NCBI GenBank assembly: GCA_037129895.1
Contig: JBAXUB010000008.1
Location: forward strand, 1 to 52,572
Reading direction: 5' to 3'
Length of the DNA: 52,572 bases
Origin: Candidatus Tayloriibacteriota bacterium
GTDB taxonomy: Bacteria > Patescibacteriota > Minisyncoccia > Phycocordibacterales > PALSA-1337
The notes under the pieces were generated by a model that searched no databases, was not told where the DNA came from, and saw only the letters and a list, made by a program, of their open reading frames with translations. Of this stretch, positions 18,428 through 29,477 are shown piece by piece. The position numbers and the translations under genes were made by a program. Each line of letters starts with the position of its first letter. The stretch's first letter is position 1.

Positions 18428-21358
18428 CTATATCCTTCGCAGACCACACCATTCACATTTTGGATCATTACAGAATGATTCTACAATCTCGCCACTCATA
18501 ACTGTCGTCACCAATGACTCGATCTCAGATCTAACCCTCAAAATATCTTCATCAGTTATAGGTAGAGCGACTGTAGGACATCTACCCTTCTCATCTGGTG
18601 AGACGAATACGAGTGCAGGACTAATATTCCGATTCCTCCATCTCAGATCATTCTCGATCAAGATCTTATAAAATATCAATTGACGAAAATAATTTCCATC
18701 CGAAGATTTCGTGAGGCCCTTTATGGCATTCTCTGACATAACTTGTTTGGCTTTGTAGTCAAATACAGTTACTGACTTTCCATCATCCAATATAGCGTCC
18801 ATCTTGCCATGTATTGGAATATCAATATCGAATTTGATAATAGTCTTCACCCAAGTTTCTGTGTAAACAATACTTTTCTCATCTCTCAATGCAAAGTGAG
18901 GTGACATCGCTTTGCTAATATCTGGCAGATCTTCTCTCAGTTCACTCAAAGCTGAGGTCTTCTCTTTTATTGAAAGCAGGGACTTGCTGAAATATTCCGT
19001 TATAGATCTACTCATTATCTCCTCTATCTCTTTCGGCAAAACCTTATGAGCATCCCAAACTCTAGCTATAGCTTCATGCATCGCGGTTCCCTTTTCAGCT
19101 GCGACTGATGGTGCTTGTGGCATTTTCAATATACTTTGGTATATGAACCGATTTGGACAATTCAAGAAATGATTGAGTGAAGTTACTGACAGACCACTCT
19201 CAACTAGAGTCTTTTTCGTGAGATCCAATAGCTTTTGACTATTCATATCGAAAGTCTTTACACTAGAAGCCACCTCGTCATGTCCTACCCGATTCGAATA
19301 TAGCTTTTCCGCACCAACTCGTTCCAATACTTTTCTAGATACATTGACATTATCCAATTCGTCGATGAACCGTAGTGGTACCAAAGCTTTTCCATCAGAT
19401 TCTTCTAGTGCAGTCAGGATAACCGCGTGCTTCCTTGCTCTAGTCAGTGCCACATAGAACAATCTGCGTATGTCCTTGATATCACCGTCATTCGAACGTT
19501 TCCTCTGTAATATGAAAGATGCGCCTTTGGGTCTGCCAACCCAGACATCCTCAGTCGCATAAGGTATGAATACATAATCAAATTCTAGACCTTTACTTCC
19601 GTGTGCTGTCATGACTTGAATCGGTAGATCCGGTGCACCTACTGAGACCTTCACAGTACGTGTTTCTGCAGATATTCGATATGCCAGCAATGCATCTATC
19701 AAATCCTTCGGATCAACTGTCCTCGACTCACGTGCCAATGATTCTGATAGAGATACTATACCGCGCCAGACATTTACATAAGCAGGATCTCTACTGACGA
19801 TCGCGGTATACCCAGATTTCTCTGCAGTATTTACGATGAATGCCATCGGACCAGCAGATAATAGATCCGCTCGTATGCTCGACAATCCTGGAATTTTACT
19901 ATTGAATTCATCGAATGTCCCACTCCTCAATTTCTTTATTATTTCTGTACCAGTACCAAAATCCAAGCCCCACATTCCGGATATTATCGTATTGGCCAAT
20001 AGATCAACCCTCGTTGGATCTACGATATATTGCAGCAAATCAAAGAATATCCTACCAACTGGATGATTGAATATATCAACACTACGTTCAGATGAAATCG
20101 CAATATTATGAAACTCACACAGGCGAATGATCCTATCGAGATCTCGATTCCTGCGGACTATGACAGCTGTACTGCCAGTATTGTTCTCCACAATTTCACG
20201 AAGCCTCCTCACTAACTCAGATTCTATCGCTGTCGTATTCTGACCAGTCAATACTTCGATCTGTCGTCTGTCTTCCTTTGAACCGGACTTCAGACGAACA
20301 CGTAGATCTGAATGTTCGTTATCAGTATAATTCTTCTCTATCATACTGAAACTGGCGTCGAGGATATCTTGATGTGATCTATAGTTTTGATCCAGCTTGA
20401 TAACCTCCATATTCGGCCATTTCTTTTGTAATAATAGAAAGTTCTCAACCGATGCGCCTTGGAATCTATATATTGCTTGTTTCTCATCTCCAACGATGAA
20501 TACATTCGGTGTCTCGAAGAATTCCGCAACCAATGACAGTATAAAATTCTGAGCATCGTTAGTGTCTTGATGTTCATCAACATGGATATAGAGATACCTT
20601 TCTTGTATAAGCCTGAGTAGTAGTTCATCTTCACGTAATGATAATAATAAGTCGATGATCAAATCATTGAAGTCCATCTTCTTGGACTCGCGTTTCAGTG
20701 TTTCGTATTCACTATATACGTCAGCAAACAGAGCTGTACGATGATACTTTTCGATCAACTCTTTTGCGTCCGCCTTCAACTGGCCTTTGGTGGCACCCCT
20801 AGTCGATATTGACTCCTCATCTTTCTCGATACGTTCGATCTCCGACATGACAAAAGCATGTATCATTTCTGGCGTAAGGGCCTCTCTCTTTGCATCATCA
20901 ATACTTCGGAGAATTCCAGAAACATATACATCAGGCTTACCGGCTGGCCTCAAGTCTCGATATTTCTCACCTTCTATAATCTTGCGCACGAGTGACTCTT
21001 GTTCAATATCTGTCATCTGTTTCATTTCATGAAGTGGTAGGAAGTGGTCAGGATATTCAGAAATGATAGATGAAGCAAATCCATGAAATGTATGTATTCG
21101 GACATCATGAGCACGATCTCCTATAACACTCTGCAATTTCGTGCGTATAGCCTTTACTCCGGCATCTGTATACGTTATCGCTAGTATCCCGTTTGCAGGT
21201 GTATCTGTGCGTTTCAGTATATTCGCGATACGAAGTGTGAGAATGGTCGTCTTGCCCGTTCCTGGGCCAGCTATGACCATCACAGGGCCTTCTATAGTAT
21301 CTACAGCTTTCCTCTGAGCTGGATTCAAGTTTTTATACTGTGTCTCAAATACATTCAT
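18428..21358 (-). CDS. UvrD/REP helicase fused to PD-(D/E)XK nuclease
   Basis: AGPGTGKT, VDEHQD, VGDEKQAIYRFQGA, HGSKGLEF, YVALTRA; C-terminal GKMD..DYK..QL.FY with Cys cluster. Confidence 0.93.
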   Translation of the reverse strand: MNVFETQYKNLNPAQRKAVDTIEGPVMVIAGPGTGKTTILTLRIANILKRTDTPANGILAITYTDAGVKAIRTKLQSVIGDRAHDVRIHTFHGFASSIISEYPDHFLPLHEMKQMTDIEQESLVRKIIEGEKYRDLRPAGKPDVYVSGILRSIDDAKREALTPEMIHAFVMSEIERIEKDEESISTRGATKGQLKADAKELIEKYHRTALFADVYSEYETLKRESKKMDFNDLIIDLLLSLREDELLLRLIQERYLYIHVDEHQDTNDAQNFILSLVAEFFETPNVFIVGDEKQAIYRFQGASVENFLLLQKKWPNMEVIKLDQNYRSHQDILDASFSMIEKNYTDNEHSDLRVRLKSGSKEDRRQIEVLTGQNTTAIESELVRRLREIVENNTGSTAVIVRRNRDLDRIIRLCEFHNIAISSERSVDIFNHPVGRIFFDLLQYIVDPTRVDLLANTIISGMWGLDFGTGTEIIKKLRSGTFDEFNSKIPGLSSIRADLLSAGPMAFIVNTAEKSGYTAIVSRDPAYVNVWRGIVSLSESLARESRTVDPKDLIDALLAYRISAETRTVKVSVGAPDLPIQVMTAHGSKGLEFDYVFIPYATEDVWVGRPKGASFILQRKRSNDGDIKDIRRLFYVALTRARKHAVILTALEESDGKALVPLRFIDELDNVNVSRKVLERVGAEKLYSNRVGHDEVASSVKTFDMNSQKLLDLTKKTLVESGLSVTSLNHFLNCPNRFIYQSILKMPQAPSVAAEKGTAMHEAIARVWDAHKVLPKEIEEIMSRSITEYFSKSLLSIKEKTSALSELREDLPDISKAMSPHFALRDEKSIVYTETWVKTIIKFDIDIPIHGKMDAILDDGKSVTVFDYKAKQVMSENAIKGLTKSSDGNYFRQLIFYKILIENDLRWRNRNISPALVFVSPDEKGRCPTVALPITDEDILRVRSEIESLVTTVMSGEIVESFCNDPKCEWCGLRRI

Positions 21359-21446
21359 ATAACTATTATAGAATGACCACACGAAAGTTATACCATTGAT
21401 TTATTGAGAAAATATGGTACTCTATGTATAGTAAAGGTTTGAACAT

Positions 21447-21554
21447 ATGCTGAAAAGATTATACGCAGTGATATCATTCGGTGCGTTTCTGTTAAAGCAA
21501 CTCATTCGTGAGGCCTTCCGTTGTTTGTTCAAGAAGCACAAAGTTTCTCATTGA
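21447..21554 (+). CDS. Putative 35-aa amphipathic peptide
   Basis: MLKRLYAVISFGAFLLKQLIREAFRCLFKKHKVSH; upstream TG-n-TACTCT; terminator at about 21582-21615. Confidence 0.45.
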   Translation: MLKRLYAVISFGAFLLKQLIREAFRCLFKKHKVSH

Positions 21555-21647
21555 GATGATATGGCAACTACGCGCCCCTCAGGCCGACACAACTCTCTTG
21601 TGCCGGCTTTTTTTTAATAGATAAATTGTAAAGTCAATAAAGTAGAA

Positions 21648-22880
21648 TCAGTAATTCTTCAACCTATTTATATTGTCATGCTGACGGATCTTTTCGTGAG
21701 CCTTGGCTTCGATCTGACGAATACGTTCACGAGTAACACCGAATTCACGGCCTACCTCCTCCAAAGTATGAGTGATACCATCGTTCAAACCATGTCTCAT
21801 TTCTAGGATCTTACGTTCCTTTTCTGAAAGATCATTCAAAATGAGGTTAACCTGATCACGTAGGATTCTGCGTGAAGATTCCTGATCTGGAGAAAGTATC
21901 TTGTCGTCAGCGATGAAGTCTTGGAGTGTTGATTTGTCATCTCCATCATCTCCGACAGGCTTCTCTAGGGAAACTACTTCTTGTTCGATCTTCTCGATCT
22001 GATAGATTTTCTCAACATCCATGCCCATCTCCATAGCGATCTCATCAGGTAATGGTTCACGACCCAAATCATGTGAAAGGCGTCGTACAACCTGCTTATA
22101 TTTTGCGATCGTTTCTACCATATGTACTGGCACACGGATCGTACGTGACTGATCGGCTAGAGCACGAGTTATCGCTTGGCGTATCCACCATGTTGCGTAG
22201 GTTGAAAACTTATACCCTTTGGTCCAATCGAACTTATCAACAGCACGAAATAGTCCGAGGTTTCCTTCTTGTATAAGGTCTAGCAATGTGAGGTCGGGAC
22301 TACGTCCAACATATTTCTTTGCAATAGAGACCACCAAACGTAGGTTTGCCTTGGCCAGGAGATTCTTTGCTTCCACATCACCGTTTTGTATACGTCGTGC
22401 TAGCTCTTTCTCCATGCTTGCATTGATGAGTGGATACTGACCGATCTCCTTTAGATACATCTGTATAGAATCGTATGCAGAATCAGGATTTCGAGAGAGA
22501 TGCGATGGCGCTTTCTTGTGACTCAAATCTTCAACTTCCAATATTCCTCCCCCTTCCAAAACGTCGACATTGGCCGTAGTAAATTTCGTATATAGTTGAT
22601 CCAAGAACATCACGTCATTCTCGATCTGAGGAAACTCCTTCAAGATCTCATCATAAGTTACGAATCCTCGATCCCTACCTTTCTGTATGAGCCTATTGGA
22701 TTTCACCTCGAATTCCTTGGCCTTGTTGACGCCTGACTTTGGAGCACTGCCCGAAGAGCTAGATTTCGAACGTGATTTTGTAGTCTTTGCTGTGGTTTTC
22801 TTCGAACGAAAAGACGCCCTTTTTACTGGACGCTTGGTACTGCGACGAACCTTTGAAGCCGCTTTTTTATTATTGCGCAT
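21648..22880 (-). CDS. rpoD: Primary RNA polymerase sigma factor (sigma70) with basic N-terminal extension
   Basis: [56 protein letters not shown]. Confidence 0.97.
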   Translation of the reverse strand: MRNNKKAASKVRRSTKRPVKRASFRSKKTTAKTTKSRSKSSSSGSAPKSGVNKAKEFEVKSNRLIQKGRDRGFVTYDEILKEFPQIENDVMFLDQLYTKFTTANVDVLEGGGILEVEDLSHKKAPSHLSRNPDSAYDSIQMYLKEIGQYPLINASMEKELARRIQNGDVEAKNLLAKANLRLVVSIAKKYVGRSPDLTLLDLIQEGNLGLFRAVDKFDWTKGYKFSTYATWWIRQAITRALADQSRTIRVPVHMVETIAKYKQVVRRLSHDLGREPLPDEIAMEMGMDVEKIYQIEKIEQEVVSLEKPVGDDGDDKSTLQDFIADDKILSPDQESSRRILRDQVNLILNDLSEKERKILEMRHGLNDGITHTLEEVGREFGVTRERIRQIEAKAHEKIRQHDNINRLKNY

Positions 22881-22956
22881 ATTTAGTATTTATTAACTCG
22901 GTTGTTATTGTATATGAATCTTCGACTCTTGGCAAGAGTGTGCCCTTACTTTGCTC

Positions 22957-24858
22957 CTACTTGTTATTCTTCACTATTTCGGCCTTATGAATAGACAATA
23001 TTTGGCACTTTTTGGCCAATTCTACGACGCGTACCTGATCTCCGGCCTTCTCAGCAATCTTCAATTCCTGCATTGCCTTTATCAATTCTTCATTCACAAC
23101 ATCGATAGAGAAATTGAACACCAACTCCTTCATATGAACATCCCATTTCCCATGATCACTACCGTATAGAGATTCTGCTTCGAATGACATATCATCTATA
23201 TCTTTACTAATCCTCTCAATTCTAGCTTTGAATGTATCGCCCGCTAGTTTTTCGATCCTTGCATAGTATTCCTTGTATTTACCTTCATCTTGCTTTTTTA
23301 TCAAATTTAATAGACCGAACATCCGACGCTCCACGAGATCATTGTGATTTTGCTTATTTAAATACGAGCCAAACTCACCTCGTGGTGCACTAGCTTTCTG
23401 ATCTGGCAGATTCTTTGACCCTGTTGACGTTGGTCCCGCCGATCCCGTATTCGCTGCAGCCTGCGCTTCAGTTTCGAGTTTCTTACGGACGGTACGCAAG
23501 TCTTCCCATATCGCTCCTGCATCTATATTGGACTTGTCAGCGATCATCTTTACGAAATAATCCTGATCAGTTCTGCTATCTATACTAGCGAGCAGAGGAA
23601 ATACCCTCTCACGCAATGCACGAGGCAATTTGCGAGCATCCTTCTCATCTCGCAACACATTCAAGAACTCAAACTCAACAACAGGCTTAGTCGCACGCAA
23701 AATATCCTTCCAAACATCAGGGTTTTCTTTTACCAGATCCGCTGGATCTTTGCCCCCGACGATATCTGCCATCTTCACATCCATACCGAGTGATAGCGCT
23801 ATACCAGCTGCTCTAAATGCGGCTTTGCGTCCAGCCGAATCAGAATCAAAGGCCATTATCACGTTTGGAGATAGACGACGTACTAGTCCGAGGTTGTTCA
23901 CTATTCCCTGTTTATTGACCGAATCATCCGACAATGCTGTACCTGAAGCTGCAACTATATTTCTGACACCAGCTTGATATGACATGATGAGGTCCATCTG
24001 ACCTTCGACCATGATCGAGTAATTGAGTCTGCGGATTTCAGTTTTTGATTTGTCCAACCCAAACAATATAGCTGACTTGTCATATAGAGGTGTATCTGGA
24101 CTATTCAAATACTTTGCTGACTTGTCATCGGATATCAATATTCTTCCAGTAAATGCGACTATACGTCCACTCGAATCCGATATCGGAAACATGATACGAC
24201 CACGGAAACGATCGTAGTATCTGATGGTGGGATATGTTGTTGGCTTCCCAATGTCTGCGGACGCTCCCACTAACCCCAATCCTCGACCTTGTGAAACCAC
24301 ACCATACCCCACCAAATCCTCCTTACGTTTTATGAGCCCAGCCTTTTCCATGACAGTTTGATTCCAGCCCTTCTTCTTTAGATAATCTAGCAGATTACTC
24401 CAACCGAGAGGCGCCCAACCGATACGAAATGTCTTGCGGGTTTCATCTTTGATACCACGACCCTTGACGTACTGCTCTGCATCCTTGGACTTTGCATATT
24501 GATCCTCGAAATACTTTGCAGCGTCCTCCATTATCCTGAATAGCTGATCCCTCTCACTTTCATCTTTCTGGTCCATGACCAATGGTACACCGGCTTTGTC
24601 TGCCAACACCTTTAGAGCTCCTTTGAAATCCAGCCCTTCGAATTGTTCGACGAAATTGAATATGTCACCCTTTGCCCCACAACCGAAACAATAGTAACCG
24701 CCACGTTCTGGAGATATGAAAAATGATGCCGACTTTTCATTATGAAAAGGACATTTTGCTTTGAAAGATTTACCCGCACGATCAATCTTTACATATGAAC
24801 CGATGAGGTCTTCTATGGGTATTCTGGCCTTGATTTCTTCGACAGTAGTTCGTGACAT
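22957..24858 (-). CDS. dnaG: DNA primase with in-frame insertion
   Basis: CPFHNEKS..CFGC zinc finger, DRFRGRIMFPI, KYLNSPDT, VEGQMD, FDSDSAG; start moved to 24858. Confidence 0.96.
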   Translation of the reverse strand: MSRTTVEEIKARIPIEDLIGSYVKIDRAGKSFKAKCPFHNEKSASFFISPERGGYYCFGCGAKGDIFNFVEQFEGLDFKGALKVLADKAGVPLVMDQKDESERDQLFRIMEDAAKYFEDQYAKSKDAEQYVKGRGIKDETRKTFRIGWAPLGWSNLLDYLKKKGWNQTVMEKAGLIKRKEDLVGYGVVSQGRGLGLVGASADIGKPTTYPTIRYYDRFRGRIMFPISDSSGRIVAFTGRILISDDKSAKYLNSPDTPLYDKSAILFGLDKSKTEIRRLNYSIMVEGQMDLIMSYQAGVRNIVAASGTALSDDSVNKQGIVNNLGLVRRLSPNVIMAFDSDSAGRKAAFRAAGIALSLGMDVKMADIVGGKDPADLVKENPDVWKDILRATKPVVEFEFLNVLRDEKDARKLPRALRERVFPLLASIDSRTDQDYFVKMIADKSNIDAGAIWEDLRTVRKKLETEAQAAANTGSAGPTSTGSKNLPDQKASAPRGEFGSYLNKQNHNDLVERRMFGLLNLIKKQDEGKYKEYYARIEKLAGDTFKARIERISKDIDDMSFEAESLYGSDHGKWDVHMKELVFNFSIDVVNEELIKAMQELKIAEKAGDQVRVVELAKKCQILSIHKAEIVKNNK

Positions 24859-24935
24859 AAGTGTAGTATATGGTAAAAGTCGGAAAGTATAAAGGGTATG
24901 TTCGGTTATGTGGAAATTCCAAATAGCTGCCAAAA

Positions 24936-25493
24936 CTATCTTGATTCTAAGTCCTTCGTTAACTTGATTGTTATCTTCCCTTTTAGTTTGCCTTTCATTT
25001 CCTTAGACTCTATTAGATCCATAGCCTCCTTCAATCCCTCTAGCTTTTCGGGCGTTTTCAACATAACTGATCTATTGATACCATAACCATTAACGAGATA
25101 CTCCCTCAACACCTTAGTAGCCCAAATACGGAACTGAGTAGCTTTTTTGGAATTGACTCGGTAACCGACAGCAATGATTGCATCGAGGTTAAAGTATTCA
25201 ACATTACGCTTTATGCTTCTTCCACCCTCAATTTGAACTTGTTCCATTTTGGAACAAGTTGATTTCTTTGCAAGCTCACATTCTCTATAAATATTTTTCA
25301 GGTGTTTAACTATCGCCGGAGTGTTTACATCAAATAGATTTGCAATCTCTGCCTGTGTCGCCCACACTGTATCTTTTACTAGATCTACTTTTAGTTCCAT
25401 ATTGCCTTTGTCACTAGTGTAAATGATAACCTTATCATTCACTTTACTTGAATCATTCATTATTATTGTTTGCTTTGTATTTTTCATATACAT
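24936..25493 (-). CDS. RhuM-family (virulence RhuM) DNA-binding protein
   Basis: TVWATQAEIANLF, QIEGGRSIKR, NLDAIIAVGYRVNSKKATQFRIWAT. Confidence 0.88.
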   Translation of the reverse strand: MYMKNTKQTIIMNDSSKVNDKVIIYTSDKGNMELKVDLVKDTVWATQAEIANLFDVNTPAIVKHLKNIYRECELAKKSTCSKMEQVQIEGGRSIKRNVEYFNLDAIIAVGYRVNSKKATQFRIWATKVLREYLVNGYGINRSVMLKTPEKLEGLKEAMDLIESKEMKGKLKGKITIKLTKDLESR

Positions 25494-25659
25494 AAAATCC
25501 CCATTAATTAATAATAGTTACAAAAAATGCCGATCGTATTCTTGAATTATTCAGTTGTTCTCTACACGATTACAATATGAGAAAATCGTGAGTATGATGA
25601 GAATATTATACTCCAGCAAAATATTTCTACAATCAATCACACTCCGAATCATTTCCCGC

Positions 25660-25697
25660 ATCAAAAAACCCCGCATCTGTGTGCAGGGCTTTTTGAT
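25660..25697. terminator. Intrinsic terminator after rpoC
   Basis: ATCAAAAAACCCCGCA...TGCAGGGCTTTTTGAT. Confidence 0.7.
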
Positions 25698-25745
25698 ACC
25701 TATAATTCCTTCTAATATTTTCTAATACGAATGACTACTACAGTA

Positions 25746-28700
25746 TTACACCGTTTCCTCTCCCAATAGAGCATCTCTAGCGGCTGACATCGCATCAACC
25801 ATAGCTTTCTTTGGAGAACCTTCGAATCCTGTACCAGCTGGGACGAGGCGACCGATGATAACATTCTCCATGAGACCAGTTAGATCATCATCAGCACCGC
25901 GAACTGCATTGGCGATAAGAACGCGAGTTGTATGCTGGAATGAAGCAGCTGACAAGAAACTCTTTCTCGTAAGTGATGTCTCAGTGATACCCATGACCAG
26001 TCTCTCAACTTTAGCAATCTCACCACCATTTGCCTTGGCGATAGCATTCTCTTCACCGAGCTGGATATCATCAACGATCATTCCATCAGTCAAGTTGGTA
26101 TTACCACCTTCCAATACTCTGCGTCGGCTGAACATCTGCTTCACGATGAGCTCGATGTGCTTTCTAGAAACTGTTTCTCCCTGAAGTTCATAGATCTTTC
26201 CAACTTCAGTAATAACATAATCCTTTGCTTTCTCTTCGCCACCGAATTCATAAACTTCATCAATATCAGCAGAACCATCTGTTAGAAGTTGTCCCTTGGT
26301 TACACGATCTCCAACCCTGACTGTTGTTGCACGTCTGTATGGGTACAGGTATTCAACTTCTGATCCCTTATTTGCGGATCCTTTTGCCCGGTCTTCTATA
26401 TCTGGGAGAACGTAGACCGCTTTTTCTTTACCCATATCTTTGAATCCTGTGACGACGCCATCAACTGTAGCGACTACAGCTGGATTCTTTGGTCGGCGCT
26501 TTTCGAAGACTTCCTCAACACGAGGTAGACCCATAGTGATGTCACCGCCTAGCCCTGCAGCACCTCCCTGGTGGAAGGTACGCATTGTTAGCTGTGTTCC
26601 AGGCTCACCGATAGCTTGAGCTGCGACAGTTCCAACAGCTTCACCGAGAGCGATGAGTGAGTTCTTTCCTAGGTCTAGTCCGTAACACATAGAACATACT
26701 CCTCGAATCGTCTTACATGACAATGGAGATCTTACGCTTACATCTGTGAGTCCTGCTTCCTCTACTACCGAAGCGTCTGCCTTTGACAATAGATGTCCTT
26801 TCTTGAACAAAACTGTACCATCAACTGATTTGATATCCTCAGCAATGATACGGCCTCGAATGTTCTTTGATAGAGGAATATTCATTCCTGATGCCGTTTG
26901 CTTGTGTATGATGATACTATCCTTGGTTCCGCAGTCTACCTCTGATACGACAACATCTTGTGCAACGACGAACAGCTTACGAGTTAGATATCCGGCTTTT
27001 GCAGTGTTCAAGGCGGTGTCTGTAAGACCCTTACGTGAACCGTGTGTAGTGATGAAATATTCAATAGGTGTTAGACCTTCCTTTGCACATGAGAGAATTG
27101 GGAATTCGATAGTCTCTCCAGAAACTGATGAGATGAGTCCTTTCATACCGGCCATCTGTGTGATCTGTGATAGAGAACCTCGAGCTCCTGATGTGATCAT
27201 GTCATATACAGATCCCATCTTGTCGAGTGAGGCTGGAATAGCCTTCTCAACTTCTCCCTTTGCCTTCTGCCATATTTCGATATGCTTCCTGATGCGCTCT
27301 TCTTCTGTTAGAAGTCCTTCATCAAATTGCTTTGAAACAATATCAGCTGAGCGCTTGCCTCTCGCAACAATCTCTTTCTTTGCTTCAGGGACGATGATGT
27401 CATCTATGCCCCATGTTGTACCAGAAACCGTTGCATATCCAAATCCGAAAGATTTGATCTTGTCCAATATCGGCGCAACATTGACCGCACCATGCAGTGT
27501 GATCATATCGTCGATGATAGCAGCGATACGCTTACGTCCTACTTCCTCATTGATGAACGGATAGTCATCTGGCAACATATTATTGAATAATATGCGACCT
27601 ACTGTTGTCTCGAACAATCCTTCTTTGAATGCTGCATATTTCTTGCTATTCAATGCTAGAACTTTCACAGGTTCACGTAGATCGATGTCTTTGAAATCAT
27701 AAGCCAATACTGCAGCCTGAGGAGACTCAAAATATTTCATATCTTTTACTTCTTGCTCCTTGCTCTTGCCTTCCTGTTTCTTTATCTTTGTCACCCAGAA
27801 ACATCCTAGAACGATATCAAGCATTTTTGCGACTACTGTTGGATCATTGTTACCTGGCTTCAATATGTTCTTATCAGCTGCCATGATCTCGCGAGCCTCC
27901 ATCTGTGCTTCATCTGACAATGGGACGTGAACAGCCATCTGGTCTCCGTCGAAGTCGGCGTTAAACGCAGTACATACTAGTGGGTGAACCTGGATAGCAT
28001 TACCTTCGATCAAAACTGGTTTGAAAGCTTGTATACCTAGTCTGTGTAGAGTAGGTGCACGGTTTAGTAGTACGTATTTACCCTTGATCACTTCCTCCAA
28101 TATTTCCCAAACTTCCTTTGCATCATCATCGATGAATCTGTTAGCACCGCGGATGTTGTAAGCCAACTCCTTCTTGAGTAGTCCAGAAATAACGAAAGGA
28201 CGGAACAATTCCAATGCCATATGCTTCGGCAATCCACATTCATCTATATGCAATTCTGGTCCGACGACGATCACTGAACGACCTGAGTAGTCAACACGCT
28301 TTCCTAGAAGATTCTGACGGAACAAACCTCTCTTTGACTTCAAACTGTCTGATAGTGATTTCAAAGCTCTCTTTTGCGCAGCTATAGCAGCGGCACCAGC
28401 AGATGAGCTGTGACGGATCGAGTTATCGATGAGGGCATCGACAGCTTCCTGCAAAATACGCTTTTCATTACGTAGAATAACTTCTGGAGCATTGATCTCT
28501 TTCAATTTGAGGAGACGATTGTTGCGGTTGATAACACGCCTGTAAAGGTCATTTACATCTGAAGTAGCATAACGACCGCCGTCTAGTGCGACCATTGGAC
28601 GCAAACCTGGTGGAATAACTGGAATACGTATGAGGAACATCCATTCAGGACGAACCTTGGCTTTGATCATCTGTTTGACTAGTGAAAGTCTCTTTGCGAG

Positions 28701-29459
28701 CTTGTCACTGTCTGCTGAACTCGCCACATCATACTCTTTATCGAGCTCGGCCTTTAGTTTGACTAGATCGATCTTTTTCAAGAGATCATAGACAACTTCA
28801 GCACCGATGCCTGCCTCGAATAGTGATCCGTATTTTACTGCGTACTTGTGATACGTTGCTTCATCCATGACAAACCCTGCATTCAAACTTTCGATCTCTT
28901 TTCTGGCATTCAATAGGAGTTCCTTTAGAGCTTCCTTGGTCTTGTCATCTTGTGATGTCTTTACCTTGTTCTTGTATTCAGCATCGAGATCTTTCAAGAA
29001 TTGAGCCTTTTCTGCATCATGAACTTTGGTGACAATATAACCTGCGAAATATACGACCTTCTCTAGGTCTGAAGTTGTCATACCTAGTATGAGTCCTATT
29101 CTCGACGGCACACTTCGGAGGAACCAGATATGAGAAACTGGTGAAGCTAGTTCGATATGGCCCATGCGCTCACGTCGAACTATTGAACGTGTGATCTCCA
29201 CTCCACATTTTTCACAGACGATACCCTTGTATCGGATACCACGATATTTTCCACAATAACACTCAAAGTCTCGATCTGGTCCAAAGATTCTCTCATCGAA
29301 TAGACCACTCTTTTCAGAACGTTGTGTACGATAGTTGATAGTCTCAGGTTTTGTGACTTCTCCATATGACCATTCTGTGATCTTATCCGGCGAAGCTAGC
29401 GTCAACCGAACGAGGTCGAAATTCTGAGGATCAAGTGCTTTTTTTGTTGGTGTTTGCAT
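25746..29459 (-). CDS. rpoC: RNA polymerase beta' subunit
   Basis: KPETINYRT, GKRVDYSGRSVI, NADFDGDQMAVH, GEPGTQLTMRTFH. Confidence 0.99.
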   Translation of the reverse strand: MQTPTKKALDPQNFDLVRLTLASPDKITEWSYGEVTKPETINYRTQRSEKSGLFDERIFGPDRDFECYCGKYRGIRYKGIVCEKCGVEITRSIVRRERMGHIELASPVSHIWFLRSVPSRIGLILGMTTSDLEKVVYFAGYIVTKVHDAEKAQFLKDLDAEYKNKVKTSQDDKTKEALKELLLNARKEIESLNAGFVMDEATYHKYAVKYGSLFEAGIGAEVVYDLLKKIDLVKLKAELDKEYDVASSADSDKLAKRLSLVKQMIKAKVRPEWMFLIRIPVIPPGLRPMVALDGGRYATSDVNDLYRRVINRNNRLLKLKEINAPEVILRNEKRILQEAVDALIDNSIRHSSSAGAAAIAAQKRALKSLSDSLKSKRGLFRQNLLGKRVDYSGRSVIVVGPELHIDECGLPKHMALELFRPFVISGLLKKELAYNIRGANRFIDDDAKEVWEILEEVIKGKYVLLNRAPTLHRLGIQAFKPVLIEGNAIQVHPLVCTAFNADFDGDQMAVHVPLSDEAQMEAREIMAADKNILKPGNNDPTVVAKMLDIVLGCFWVTKIKKQEGKSKEQEVKDMKYFESPQAAVLAYDFKDIDLREPVKVLALNSKKYAAFKEGLFETTVGRILFNNMLPDDYPFINEEVGRKRIAAIIDDMITLHGAVNVAPILDKIKSFGFGYATVSGTTWGIDDIIVPEAKKEIVARGKRSADIVSKQFDEGLLTEEERIRKHIEIWQKAKGEVEKAIPASLDKMGSVYDMITSGARGSLSQITQMAGMKGLISSVSGETIEFPILSCAKEGLTPIEYFITTHGSRKGLTDTALNTAKAGYLTRKLFVVAQDVVVSEVDCGTKDSIIIHKQTASGMNIPLSKNIRGRIIAEDIKSVDGTVLFKKGHLLSKADASVVEEAGLTDVSVRSPLSCKTIRGVCSMCYGLDLGKNSLIALGEAVGTVAAQAIGEPGTQLTMRTFHQGGAAGLGGDITMGLPRVEEVFEKRRPKNPAVVATVDGVVTGFKDMGKEKAVYVLPDIEDRAKGSANKGSEVEYLYPYRRATTVRVGDRVTKGQLLTDGSADIDEVYEFGGEEKAKDYVITEVGKIYELQGETVSRKHIELIVKQMFSRRRVLEGGNTNLTDGMIVDDIQLGEENAIAKANGGEIAKVERLVMGITETSLTRKSFLSAASFQHTTRVLIANAVRGADDDLTGLMENVIIGRLVPAGTGFEGSPKKAMVDAMSAARDALLGEETV

Positions 29460-29477
29460 GATAGTTTTTTATATTAA

